A DNA stretch of 64,000 nucleotides from an uncultured Verrucomicrobiae bacterium. GTDB lineage: Bacteria > Verrucomicrobiota > Verrucomicrobiia > Chthoniobacterales > Chthoniobacteraceae. The position numbers and the translations under genes were made by a program. Location: NCBI GenBank assembly GCA_963836755.1, contig CAWIKF010000001.1:256001-320000 (forward strand). The letters run 5' to 3'. How positions within the stretch are numbered: the first letter of the stretch is position 1; every line of letters begins with the position of its first letter. Below are positions 1 through 10,547 of this stretch, one piece after another. Below the pieces are notes generated by a model, which had not been told where the DNA came from, ran no database searches, and saw only the letters and a list, made by a program, of their open reading frames with translations.

Positions 1-1273
1 CCGACATCGTCACGTAGCTGTCTTTGTTGATCGATGGCGTGACGGTCAGCGTGTTGCCGAATTCCTTGTCCTGGAAGCCGCCGAACACAGCGGTCGCTGT
101 CTGTTCGTTAAAGTTTAACTGCGGCACCGGTTGGTTGCGCGTGATTTTGATGGTCGCCTGCTGATTGTTTGCGGTGACGACGCGAGGGTTCGCGAGGAAT
201 TCGGCATCGGCGTCTTCGTTCAAAAGCCGGAGCGTCGCAGACATTTGCGGGACGGAAAGAATCGCGAATTGCCCGGCAAGTGCGCTGAGGAAATTACCTG
301 CGGTATGGCCGTCGAGCACGAAGTCATTTCCCTGCACAGTGCCTGTCGTCGCGTTCGTGTTGATCGACGGGATCGTCTGCGGAACGATCGACGAGGTCAC
401 CGCGCCGGTCGTCGGATTCGTGGCGAGATTGACTGTGGAAGTGGCGAGTCCGCTGCCGGCGTAGCGGAAAGTTTGAGGGGTGCTCGAGCCGCCGACGACG
501 CCGGCCCAGTTGATGCCGTAGCTTTGTTTTGGATTCGCTGTCACCTCCACTAGGCGCGCCTCGATCATCACCTGCTGGGTCGGCTTATCGATGGTCTCGA
601 GAAAGAGCCCAATGTTCTTCATGTTCGAGCGGGCCTCGCGATAGAAGATGGTGTTCGTCCGCGGATCAAACTGCGGAGCGACTTTGCTCTGCAGCTGGGC
701 CGTGAGCAAAGGCGCGATTTTTTCCGCCGTGGCGTAGGAAAATGTGTAGAACGCGCTTTCGGTCGGCTCGGCGTCCTGTTCCTCTTTTGTTTTAACGAAG
801 TAAACGCCGTTGCGATTTTGCAGGATCAGGTTTTTCGAGTCGACGATGATGTTGATTGCCTCTAGCGGTGTTTTGTCCATCAGGCGCATCGTCACCTTCA
901 GCGGCGGCTGCGCGGAATCGACTTTGTCGCTGACCACGAGGCTGATCTTCGCCTGGCGGGCGAGCAAACGAAGCACCTGGCTCACATCGTCGCCTTGAAA
1001 TTCGTTGAGCGCGTGGCCCGCGCTTGAAGAATCGAGCACGGTCACATTATTTGCCGGTGCGGAGCTGGCGGGATTCGGCGCGTTTGGCGCGACCGTGGGA
1101 TCCGTGGGCATGAGCGGCGGGTCGATCGGAGCTGGCAAATTCGAGCTCGTCGGGGCAGGGACTGGGCTGCTGACCGGCTCGGGAGATGGCGGCTCCGGCG
1201 TCGCCTGCTGCGCGGACGCAGTGGCGAATGAAAACGCGCATGAGATGGCGATGATGTTATTAAGTTTAGGCAT
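1..1273 (-). CDS. Outer-membrane secretin (GspD/PilQ-like, type II secretion/type IV pilus), running off the left edge of the window
   Basis: Read manually: ATG at 1273 gives MPKLNNIIAISCAFSFATASAQQ (signal peptide), a Pro-rich linker, NEFQGDDVSQVLRLLARQAKISLVVS (STN/N0-like), IDKPTQQVMIEARLVEV and NQKATIKITRNQP...EFGNTLTVTPSI (secretin motifs). No stop codon lies in the window, so it is absent from the ORF track. Confidence 0.85.
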   Translation of the reverse strand, partial: MPKLNNIIAISCAFSFATASAQQATPEPPSPEPVSSPVPAPTSSNLPAPIDPPLMPTDPTVAPNAPNPASSAPANNVTVLDSSSAGHALNEFQGDDVSQVLRLLARQAKISLVVSDKVDSAQPPLKVTMRLMDKTPLEAINIIVDSKNLILQNRNGVYFVKTKEEQDAEPTESAFYTFSYATAEKIAPLLTAQLQSKVAPQFDPRTNTIFYREARSNMKNIGLFLETIDKPTQQVMIEARLVEVTANPKQSYGINWAGVVGGSSTPQTFRYAGSGLATSTVNLATNPTTGAVTSSIVPQTIPSINTNATTGTVQGNDFVLDGHTAGNFLSALAGQFAILSVPQMSATLRLLNEDADAEFLANPRVVTANNQQATIKITRNQPVPQLNFNEQTATAVFGGFQDKEFGNTLTVTPSINKDSYVTMS

Positions 1274-1423
1274 TGGCTGACTTCCTGTTTGTGGTGAACT
1301 CCCAAAAAGCAGGAAGCAGACCAGCCCCGTGCCCGCCGCGTTTTTCCCTCAAAAAATCTTTAGCCACAGAGGGAGCGACGCCTCTCAACTTTGCATTTTC
1401 CGCGCCTTGCCTCTTGGTTTTGG

Positions 1424-2065
1424 CTACGCCGAATGCGCTGCTTCGATGAAAGCGCGCATCAATTCGCGGTCCTTGCGGCCGGCAGAAATTTCGACGCCGC
1501 TTGCGACATCCACGGCAAACGGCTGCACTTGACGCACTGCTTGCGCAACGTTAACCGGTGTCAAACCTCCCGAAAGCAGCAGCTCGATCTCCGGATTTTG
1601 CCGCGCAAACTTTGCCGCCAACTCCAAATCGATCAATTTTCCGGTGCCGCCGAATTGCCCGGGCACATGCGCATCGAGCAAAATTCTGCGAGTGTGAAAA
1701 TGTTTCGCGTCCTCGATCGCGCTTTCATCGCGCAACCCGACGGCCTTGAAAAACGGCAGACCGCGCCGCGCAAAATGCGCGCAAAAATCCGCGCTTTCGT
1801 GTCCGTGAAATTGAACCGCGTCGATGAACGGCAGCGCGAAAATTTCCTCCGCTTCGGCAATGGTCGGATTCACCATCACCGCCACGCGCGTGACGAGCAG
1901 CGGCAGTTCGCGGATCCAGTGCGCCGCGTCTTTCATCTCGATGAACCGCTTCGACGCCGGGAAAAGATTGAAACCCAGCGCATCCGCGCCGAGTTCAATC
2001 GCGCTCTCCGCATCGGCGCGATTGGTCACGCCGCAGATTTTCACCCGCGCCTGCCGCGTGCTCAT
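1424..2065 (-). CDS. trpF: Phosphoribosylanthranilate isomerase
   Basis: VKICG, VQFHG, GGTG, LSGGL and VDVASGVE motifs. ATG at 2065 overlaps the upstream stop (ATGA). Confidence 0.95.
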   Translation of the reverse strand: MSTRQARVKICGVTNRADAESAIELGADALGFNLFPASKRFIEMKDAAHWIRELPLLVTRVAVMVNPTIAEAEEIFALPFIDAVQFHGHESADFCAHFARRGLPFFKAVGLRDESAIEDAKHFHTRRILLDAHVPGQFGGTGKLIDLELAAKFARQNPEIELLLSGGLTPVNVAQAVRQVQPFAVDVASGVEISAGRKDRELMRAFIEAAHSA

Positions 2066-2835
2066 TCGATTCCTTCGCCCGGCTGCCGTTCCATGCCGGA
2101 AAAAGTAAGCGCCGGAATGTCCGCTACCAATTGCACCAACCCATCTTGCCAGCGACGGCGGACGTCCTCGAGGTAGCTGTCGCCTTCCTGCAGACGCAGC
2201 TGATATTTCACGGTGAGCGAGTCGCGTTCGTAGCAAAAAATATCGAATGGCGTGCCGACGGCGACGTTGCTTTTCATCGTCGATTCGAGCGAGAGCACGC
2301 CAAACTTCAGCGCCTGCGCGAGCTTTGTCTCATAGGTGAATCCGCGGTCGAGAATCGGCTTCCCGTATTTGAATTCGCCGATCTGCAAAAACGGCGAATC
2401 GGTGTCCGCGTGAATCGCGTTCCCCTGCGGGTAAACGTGATAAATCTGGTGCGGAAGTCCGGCGATTTGTCCGCCGATGCTGAAGTGGATGTTGAAACTA
2501 AACCCGTCCGCTTCGAGCGCGGCGCGGTCGAGTTTTTCCACCTGTCGAATCTTCGAGCCGACGTAGCGCGCCGTCTCAAAAATCGTCGGCTGGTTGAGCA
2601 GGTTCGGAATTTCCTGGTCGGTCTTCGCGCGCAGCATGTCCTCCTCGATCAACGCAATCGCCGTCTGTGTCAGCGAGAGATTTCCCGAGCTCATCAGGCA
2701 GATCACGCGCCGGCCTTCGTCCGCATACACACGCATCTTCGAGTGGATCGTGATGTTGTCGACGCCGGCGCTCGTGCGCGAATCGGAGAGAAACACGATG
2801 CCCTGCCGGCAAAGCAAACTCAGGCAGTAAGTCAT
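2062..2835 (-). CDS. Proteasome-type protease (Anbu, Ntn-hydrolase)
   Basis: MTYC N-terminus (Thr2 nucleophile), SDSRTSAGVDNI, GNLSLTQ, QIGEFKYGKPILDR and STMKSN. Confidence 0.9.
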   Translation of the reverse strand: MTYCLSLLCRQGIVFLSDSRTSAGVDNITIHSKMRVYADEGRRVICLMSSGNLSLTQTAIALIEEDMLRAKTDQEIPNLLNQPTIFETARYVGSKIRQVEKLDRAALEADGFSFNIHFSIGGQIAGLPHQIYHVYPQGNAIHADTDSPFLQIGEFKYGKPILDRGFTYETKLAQALKFGVLSLESTMKSNVAVGTPFDIFCYERDSLTVKYQLRLQEGDSYLEDVRRRWQDGLVQLVADIPALTFSGMERQPGEGIE

Positions 2836-2838
2836 CGT

Positions 2839-3252
2839 TTAAACATCGATCACGCGTCCGCGCACTTGTTTCATCTGCGAATGATGCGTGATGATCTGCA
2901 CGCGGCCTTTGCTGTCCCTAAAAAACGCGCTCAGCAGCCAGCTCACGATCGAGATGAGCAGCCCGCCAAAAAAAGCGCTGTGGAAATTTTCCACCTGAAA
3001 ACACGGCACGATCCCGCCCACCAGCTTCAGCATCAATGCATTCACGATCAAAATTCCAAAGCCAAGCGTGATCAAAATAAACGGCAGGCTCAGCAGCAGC
3101 ACGAGCGGACGCAGGAATGCATTTACGATGCCGAGCAGCAGCGAAGCGCCGAGCAGGCAGCCGAGCCCCTCGCAGTGAATGCCGGGAACCAGCGACGAAG
3201 CGATGAACACCGCGACCGTCGTCACCAGCCAGCGAATCACAAAAGGTTTCAT
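2839..3252 (-). CDS. Phage holin family / YvlD (DUF360) four-TM membrane protein
   Basis: LLLGIVNAFLRPLVLLLSLPFILITLGFGILIVNALML motif; ATG at 3252. Confidence 0.85.
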   Translation of the reverse strand: MKPFVIRWLVTTVAVFIASSLVPGIHCEGLGCLLGASLLLGIVNAFLRPLVLLLSLPFILITLGFGILIVNALMLKLVGGIVPCFQVENFHSAFFGGLLISIVSWLLSAFFRDSKGRVQIITHHSQMKQVRGRVIDV

Positions 3253-3422
3253 GAGAAATGTATAAGCGAATTCGCCGCGCGAATCCATCCTGAGCGGACG
3301 CGTCGAGAGATTTCGGTGAAAATCAAAAAAGGATGGACTGCGCCGCACAAACTCGTAAATTCTCCGCTTCAAAAAAAGCCGGTCTCAACCAAATCGGCAG
3401 GGAAAATCTAAAAGTAGATCCT

Positions 3423-3779
3423 ATGGGAAAAAAAATCGAACAGGGAAAAAAGGCGGTGGCAAATACCGCCGGCACTGCTGGCAAGGCGCCTGCAAAACCA
3501 ATCGAAACCACTGCGACTCCGGTTGCAGCCTCGCCTGCGCCTGCGATTGCGGAGAAAAAAGCGCGTGCCAAGCGAACCGTCAGCAAAACCACCGCTGCAC
3601 CTGCCGCGCCCAAAGCGGCAGCAATTTCCTCCGATGAAATTGCGCTGCGCGCATACTTCATCGCAGAAAAACGGAATGCTCAGGGACTGCCGGGCGATCC
3701 GCATCAGGACTGGATCGAGGCCGAGCGGCAATTGCGCGCCGAGGCGAAAAAAAGTTCGTCGAAGCCGTCGTCGAAATAA
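3423..3779 (+). CDS. DUF2934-domain protein with Ala/Lys-rich N-terminus
   Basis: IALRAYFIAEKR...DWIEAERQL matches the DUF2934 pattern; ATG at 3423. Confidence 0.85.
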   Translation: MGKKIEQGKKAVANTAGTAGKAPAKPIETTATPVAASPAPAIAEKKARAKRTVSKTTAAPAAPKAAAISSDEIALRAYFIAEKRNAQGLPGDPHQDWIEAERQLRAEAKKSSSKPSSK

Positions 3780-3791
3780 CGGCGTTCCGGT

Positions 3792-4193
3792 TTAGGAGCT
3801 GATCAGCTCCGAAACTTTTTCCACGAGCCGCTCAATGCTGAACGGCTTCGCGAGAAGTCCGCGCACACCCGGCTCGCGCAGCAATTCCTGCGCTTTTTTT
3901 TGCGATGCGTTGCCGGACATCAGGATGAGCGGTGGCAGCTTGCGTCCGTGCGGCGGGTCGATCGAGTAAAGCTTGGAGATCAAGCCGTAGAGCACCGCGC
4001 CGTCGATCCCAGGCATCGAAAAATCGAAGATCAGCAGATCGAACGGCTTCTTCAAAATCAGCTCGAATGCGTATTCCGGATTCGGCGTCGTCTCGACTTC
4101 GCAATGCAAAAGTCCGGTGAGCGACTCGCGCACGAGACGCAGGATCACCACGTCGTCATCGACGACCAGGACGCGCTGGGACTTTTCCGCCAC
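3792..4193 (-). CDS. Single-domain response regulator (receiver)
   Basis: VLVVDDD, LLIFDFSMPGIDG, LMSG and AKPF motifs. Confidence 0.9.
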   Translation of the reverse strand: MAEKSQRVLVVDDDVVILRLVRESLTGLLHCEVETTPNPEYAFELILKKPFDLLIFDFSMPGIDGAVLYGLISKLYSIDPPHGRKLPPLILMSGNASQKKAQELLREPGVRGLLAKPFSIERLVEKVSELISS

Positions 4194-4242
4194 GCGCTCT
4201 GCGTAACAAACCGCGCGTCCGGTGCAAGGCTAATTGCACAGC

Positions 4243-4911
4243 TCACACGCGTTCTGGAAAATCGGTAAACACGCCGTCGACGCCCAACGCTTTCATGCGC
4301 GCGATATCTCGCGGGCGATTTGCCGTATAAACAAAAACTTTCAGCCCACTCGCGTGCGCCCGATCGACGAGCCGGCGGTTCGTGAAACGGATGTGCGGAT
4401 GAATCGCGACAGCGCCAAGCTCCGCCGCGAGCTTCGCGAATCGCCGCGCCGAGCGTTTGAATAAAATGCCCAGCGGAACTTTGCCGCCGACGAGCGCGCG
4501 CAACTCACGGCGATGAAATGATGAGACGAGAAAGTCCGAAAACTCGCAGCCACGCTCGCGCACATATTCGCCAATCAAAGCAGCGACAGGCTTCGACGTG
4601 TTTCGCCCTTTTAACTCGATGTTAACAAACGCGCGCCGATCCACGGCGTCAAAAATTTCGCGCAACGTCGGAATGCGCTCCCCTTTTCCCGCATCGAGCG
4701 CACGAAGTTCGATGAGAGTTTTTCGCATCAACCTGCCGCGCCCATTCGTGGTCCGATCGAGCGTCGTGTCGTGGAAAACGAGCAGCTCATTGCCGACGAA
4801 ATAGACATCGATTTCGACGCCGTCCGCACCGAGTTCAATCGCCTTTTGCACGGAGCGGATCGTATTTTCCGGCTCATGCCCGCGCGCGCCGCGATGTCCT
4901 ATGCACAACAT
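4243..4911 (-). CDS. Glycerophosphodiester phosphodiesterase
   Basis: IGHRGARGHEPENT, EIDV, HD..LDRTT, NIELK and GVDGVFTD motifs. Confidence 0.92.
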   Translation of the reverse strand: MLCIGHRGARGHEPENTIRSVQKAIELGADGVEIDVYFVGNELLVFHDTTLDRTTNGRGRLMRKTLIELRALDAGKGERIPTLREIFDAVDRRAFVNIELKGRNTSKPVAALIGEYVRERGCEFSDFLVSSFHRRELRALVGGKVPLGILFKRSARRFAKLAAELGAVAIHPHIRFTNRRLVDRAHASGLKVFVYTANRPRDIARMKALGVDGVFTDFPERV

Positions 4912-5024
4912 GCCGGCAAAAATGCACATCCGTCGCGGGGAACGAAAGCCGCATCATTTCGCCACCAGTTTGCCTCGCGTTCGCAGGCTGCTCATCGGAT
5001 AAAAATAGAAACGGAAACGAAGCT

Positions 5025-7437
5025 TTGATCACGATTCCTGGCGCCGAAAATTGCAAAATCGCACTGGCGTTTTCCGACGGAAAGCTGCGCATTGACTATT
5101 CCGCTTCCGGAATTGATGGACCGCAGCAGCGGCTGTTCGTCGCGCTTTCTCGCGTGTCGAATGCGGGCTCGCCGATTTTGCCATTCGCGCAAAACGAGGA
5201 AGGTTCCACGGTCTTTCTCGCGTTCGCAGCAGATCGACTTTACTGCGCGGGCACGGACGGTTTGCGCACCGTTCGCGCCTGGCAAACGACGCAATGGAGT
5301 GAAAAATTCGAGGCGACAACGGAATTTAGCGCAAGTTTTACTGAGCGGAAATTGCAGACTCGAAATCGATTTCGCTGCACTCGGCCAGCCGCCGCTCCTC
5401 GGGATGATGATTTACGCGAAGGATTTCCGCGAAAACAACGGCTGGGGAAAGTTTTACGGCTGCATGGATCCGAACGTCCGCGGCGGCATCGGCGACAAAT
5501 ACATCCCGCGCTATTTTTTACTCGATACAAAGGCGCATTGCGGGAATTTTCACGCGCGTCTTCACGCGAAAAAGCGGGTGCGGATTTATCAGTTGTTCGT
5601 GCGGCTTTTCGGAAACACGAATGAGACGCGCAAGGTGAATGGAACGGTCTTCGAGAACGGCGTCGGGAAGTTTTCCGACATTAACGATGCCGCGCTCACG
5701 GCGGTTTCAGCGATGAACTTTACGCACGTGTGGCTGACCGGCGTGTTGCGCCAGGCAACCGCGACCGATCACAGCGCGACCGGCGCAGTGCCGGATGATC
5801 CGGATTTGCTCAAGGGCCTCGCGGGCAGTCCCTATGCGATTCGCAGCTACTTCGACGTTTGCCCGGATTACGCGCTCGATCCGAAAAATCGGCTCGAGGA
5901 ATTCAAAGAGCTGGTCGCCCGCATGCACGCGCACGGGTTGAAAGTCATCACCGATCTCGTGCCGAATCACGTCGCGCGCAGCTATCATTCGGACATCGCG
6001 CCGGAGCACGACTTCGGCGTGAGCGATGACAAATCGAAATTTTTCGATGTGCGGAACAACTTTTTTTACCTCCGCGCCGACGATCCCGGCGGCGGACCGC
6101 CATTGAAATTACCCACTTTCAGCGGCGGCGAAGCGATCAGCCCGACCTGCAAAGTGCTCGGAAAAAAGTGCGACGGATTTTTCGATGGCGAAATGAATTT
6201 CGGCCGCGTCACCGGCAACAATGTGGTGAGTTGGGCGCCGCAACTCAGCGATTGGTATGAAACGGCGAAGCTGAATTTCGGATACGATTTCACGACCGAC
6301 GAACGCGCTTATCCCTACGGCGAACAGCCTGACAGGCCGCTTCCCGACACATGGCTGAAGATGGACCGCATCCTCGAGTATTGGCAAAACATGGGCGTCG
6401 ACGGCTTTCGCTGCGACATGGCGCACATGGTGCCGCCGGAATTTTGGGCGTGGGCGATCGGGCACGCGCGGGCGCGGGATCCCGACGCATTTTTCATGGG
6501 TGAAGCTTACGACGACGATCCGGGAAAAATGTTCGGCACGAATCCGGTGCTCCGCGCGCTGAATGGCGGTCGCGGAAACGTGATGTTTGATTTGTTAAAC
6601 AGTGGTTTTAGCGCGACGTATGACGATCCGGGCTACAAGGCGCTCAAGAATATTTACGACGGACCCGGTTGGGCAAATGACCTCGACCGCGTCATCACTA
6701 ACGAATTCATTTTTCAAAACGGACTGCGCTATGCGGAAAACCACGACGAGGTGCGGCTCGCGGGAAAACGAAATTGGTCTGAGATCGGGATGGAGGTCGG
6801 GAGACCGGTCGCAGCGATTTTATACGGTCTCGGGCGCGGACCGGTGATGCTTTACAACGGCCAGGAAGTGGGCGAGCCGGCGCACGGGGTCGAGGGATTC
6901 GGGGGCGATGACGCGCGCACGACCATCTTTGATTATTGGTCGATGCCTGAATTCACCAAGTGGGTGAACGGCCACAAGTTTGACGGCGGACGCTTGAGCG
7001 ATGCGCAAAAAAGTTTGCGAGAGTTTTATATTCGTTTGATTGCGCTCGTCGGAGAGCCGGCGTTTTCTTGCGGAGATTTTTTTCCGCTAAACTCTGCAAA
7101 CGCTGACACGGCGCGCTTTGGCACGGTGGACGGCGATCCTTCGAGCGGACATTGGATGTATGCATTTCTGCGGAGCGATGCGCAAAGTGGACAACGTTTT
7201 TTGGTCGTCGCAAATTTGCACCGAAGCGTCGAATTTCAAAATGTGCGGCTCCGTTTTTCGAGCGCAGCGCTGGAGGCAATTGGGTATGCGAACAATTTCC
7301 ATTTTGTTGAGCGGCTCAGCGGTGGTCCGACGCTAGACACAAACAGTGAGACTTTGACGGGTAGCGGTTTGGAAATTCCTTCGATCCCACCGCTCACACC
7401 GTTCTACTTTGAAGTGTCCACGCCGCCGCGCGGTTAG
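5025..7437 (+). CDS. GH13 alpha-amylase family glycosidase; +1 frameshift near 5345
   Basis: DLVPNH, GVDGFRCDMAHMV, FMGEAY and ENHDE catalytic motifs in ORF 5092..7437. A protein-like N-terminus lies in the adjacent frame (ORF 5025) and joins near 5345. Confidence 0.85.
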
Positions 7438-7452
7438 AAAATCACGCAGCGG

Positions 7453-8220
7453 TTAGGCTGCCGCGGACGCGATTTGAATGATCTCGGCGAACCCGCGCGG
7501 GTCGAGACCCGCGCCGCCAACCAGCGCCCCGTCAATGTCTGGCTGCGACATCAGCGCGTCGGTGTTTTCCGGTTTGACGCTGCCGCCATATTGAATGCGG
7601 ATTTTGTCGGCAATGCCTTGGTCAGAAATTTCTGCGAGCATTTTGCGGATGAAGGCGTGCGCGGCCTGCGCCTGCTCGGGAGTCGCGGTGCGGCCTGTGC
7701 CAATCGCCCACACTGGCTCATACGCGATCACAATTTCGCTCAATTCTTTCCCGCTCATTCCGGCGAGGCTCCCGCGAATTTGTGCAGACAAAACTTCCTC
7801 GACCCGTCCGGCATCGCGCTCGGCGAGTGTTTCGCCGATGCAGACAATTGTCTTCAACGCTGCCGCATGCGCCGCGTGGATTTTGCGATTTACGATCGCA
7901 TCGGTCTCGCCGAAAAGGGTGCGGCGTTCGCTGTGGCCGAGCACGACGTAACGCACAAAAAGTTCGCGCAGCATCGCGGCGCTGATTTCACCGGTGAACG
8001 CGCCGCTTTTTTCCGCGGACATATTTTGCGCGCCGAGTTTGACGTGCTGCACATTGCTGAGAAGTGCGGAAACTTTCGCGAGCGCGGTGAAAGGCGGCAC
8101 GATCACGATCTCGACCGCATCTTCCTGCCCGATCTCACGCAAAAAATGTTCGAGGAATGACTCCGCCTCCGCGCAAGTCATGTTCATCTTCCAGTTCGCC
8201 GCGATGATCTTTTTTCGCAT
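7453..8220 (-). CDS. tpiA: Triosephosphate isomerase
   Basis: AANWKMN, GHSERR, AYEPVWAIGTG and YGGSV. Confidence 0.98.
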   Translation of the reverse strand: MRKKIIAANWKMNMTCAEAESFLEHFLREIGQEDAVEIVIVPPFTALAKVSALLSNVQHVKLGAQNMSAEKSGAFTGEISAAMLRELFVRYVVLGHSERRTLFGETDAIVNRKIHAAHAAALKTIVCIGETLAERDAGRVEEVLSAQIRGSLAGMSGKELSEIVIAYEPVWAIGTGRTATPEQAQAAHAFIRKMLAEISDQGIADKIRIQYGGSVKPENTDALMSQPDIDGALVGGAGLDPRGFAEIIQIASAAA

Positions 8221-8222
8221 CG

Positions 8223-9419
8223 CTATTTTTCCGAAAGAGCCGCGACGCCGGGCAATTCGCGGCCTTCGAGCAACTCGAGTGAGGCACCGCCGCCGGTGGA
8301 AATAAAAGTCATCTGGTCATCGAGCCCGAATTGTTTGACGGCGGTCACTGAGTCGCCGCCGCCGACGATGCTCTTCGCGCCGGATTGTGCGATTGCCTCC
8401 GCCACCGCGCGGGTCCCTTTCGCGAAATCAGCAATTTCGAAAACACCGACCGGGCCATTCCAAAGCACGGTCGCAGCGGACGAGATTTCCTCGACGAAAA
8501 GCTCCGTGGTTTTCGGGCCGATATCGACGCCTTCCCATCCGTCATCGATCGCGCGGCCTTTGGTGATGCGGGTTGGCGCGCCTGCCTGGAAAAGTTGCGT
8601 TTCGAGGGAATCGACCGGCAACACGAGTTTCACGTTTTTCTCTTTCGCGAAATCGACGATCTCACGCGCGAGGTCGAGCTTGTCGGCCTCAACGAGGCTT
8701 TTCCCCGTTTCGATGCCGTCCGCACGCGCAAAGGTGTAAGCCATCGCGCCGCCGACGAGAATCGTGTCGGCTTTTTCCATGAGCGATTTCATCACAGTGA
8801 TCTTCGTGGAAACTTTGGCGCCACCGAGGATCACGACGAAAGGCCGAGCCGGGTCTTTCAATTCATCGATCAAATATTTCAGCTCCTTTTCCATGAGCAG
8901 ACCCATTGCGGCCTGCGGCACCAATTTCGTGATGCCATCAGTCGAGGCGTGGGCGCGGTGAGCTGCACCGAACGCGTCGTTCACGAAAATATCGGCGAGG
9001 CTAGCGAGCGCTTGCGCAAACTGCGGATCGTTTTTTTCCTCCGCATCGGTGAAGCGCAAATTTTCAAGCAAGGCAACGTCGCCATTGTGCATGTGCGCGA
9101 TGATTTCCTCCGGAACTTTCCCAACAGTGTCGTGGCTGAAAATGACCGGATGCCCGAGCAGATCGTGCAGAGCGACGCCAATCGGGCGCAGCGAATATTT
9201 CTCGCTCGGCTTCCCTTTCGGCCGGCCGAGATGCGACATCAGAATGACTTTGGCACCGCGCTCGCGGAGGAGCTGAATCGTCGGCAGCGATTCGCGAATG
9301 CGCGTGTCATCGGTGATGAATTGCTGCCCGTCGCGGTCCTCGAGCGGGACGTTGAAATCGACGCGCACGAGGACGCGTTTTCCGGCGACGTCGAGGTCGC
9401 GAACAGAGAGCTTAGCCAT
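8223..9419 (-). CDS. pgk: Phosphoglycerate kinase
   Basis: RVDFNVP, SHLGRP, NDAFG, GGAKV and STGGGASLE. Confidence 0.98.
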   Translation of the reverse strand: MAKLSVRDLDVAGKRVLVRVDFNVPLEDRDGQQFITDDTRIRESLPTIQLLRERGAKVILMSHLGRPKGKPSEKYSLRPIGVALHDLLGHPVIFSHDTVGKVPEEIIAHMHNGDVALLENLRFTDAEEKNDPQFAQALASLADIFVNDAFGAAHRAHASTDGITKLVPQAAMGLLMEKELKYLIDELKDPARPFVVILGGAKVSTKITVMKSLMEKADTILVGGAMAYTFARADGIETGKSLVEADKLDLAREIVDFAKEKNVKLVLPVDSLETQLFQAGAPTRITKGRAIDDGWEGVDIGPKTTELFVEEISSAATVLWNGPVGVFEIADFAKGTRAVAEAIAQSGAKSIVGGGDSVTAVKQFGLDDQMTFISTGGGASLELLEGRELPGVAALSEK

Positions 9420-9425
9420 GGCGCA

Positions 9426-10478
<1,053 letters not shown>

Positions 10479-10547
10479 TTAAAAAAAGTGAAGATGGGAA
10501 CTTACTAGCCGCTTCTCAGCAGCGTCAACGCGCGATTTTGCCGCGCG

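Noticed and set aside
2839..3252. Prophage inferred from the holin-family gene
   Set aside because: The YvlD/DUF360 family is commonly chromosomal and there are no phage genes nearby.
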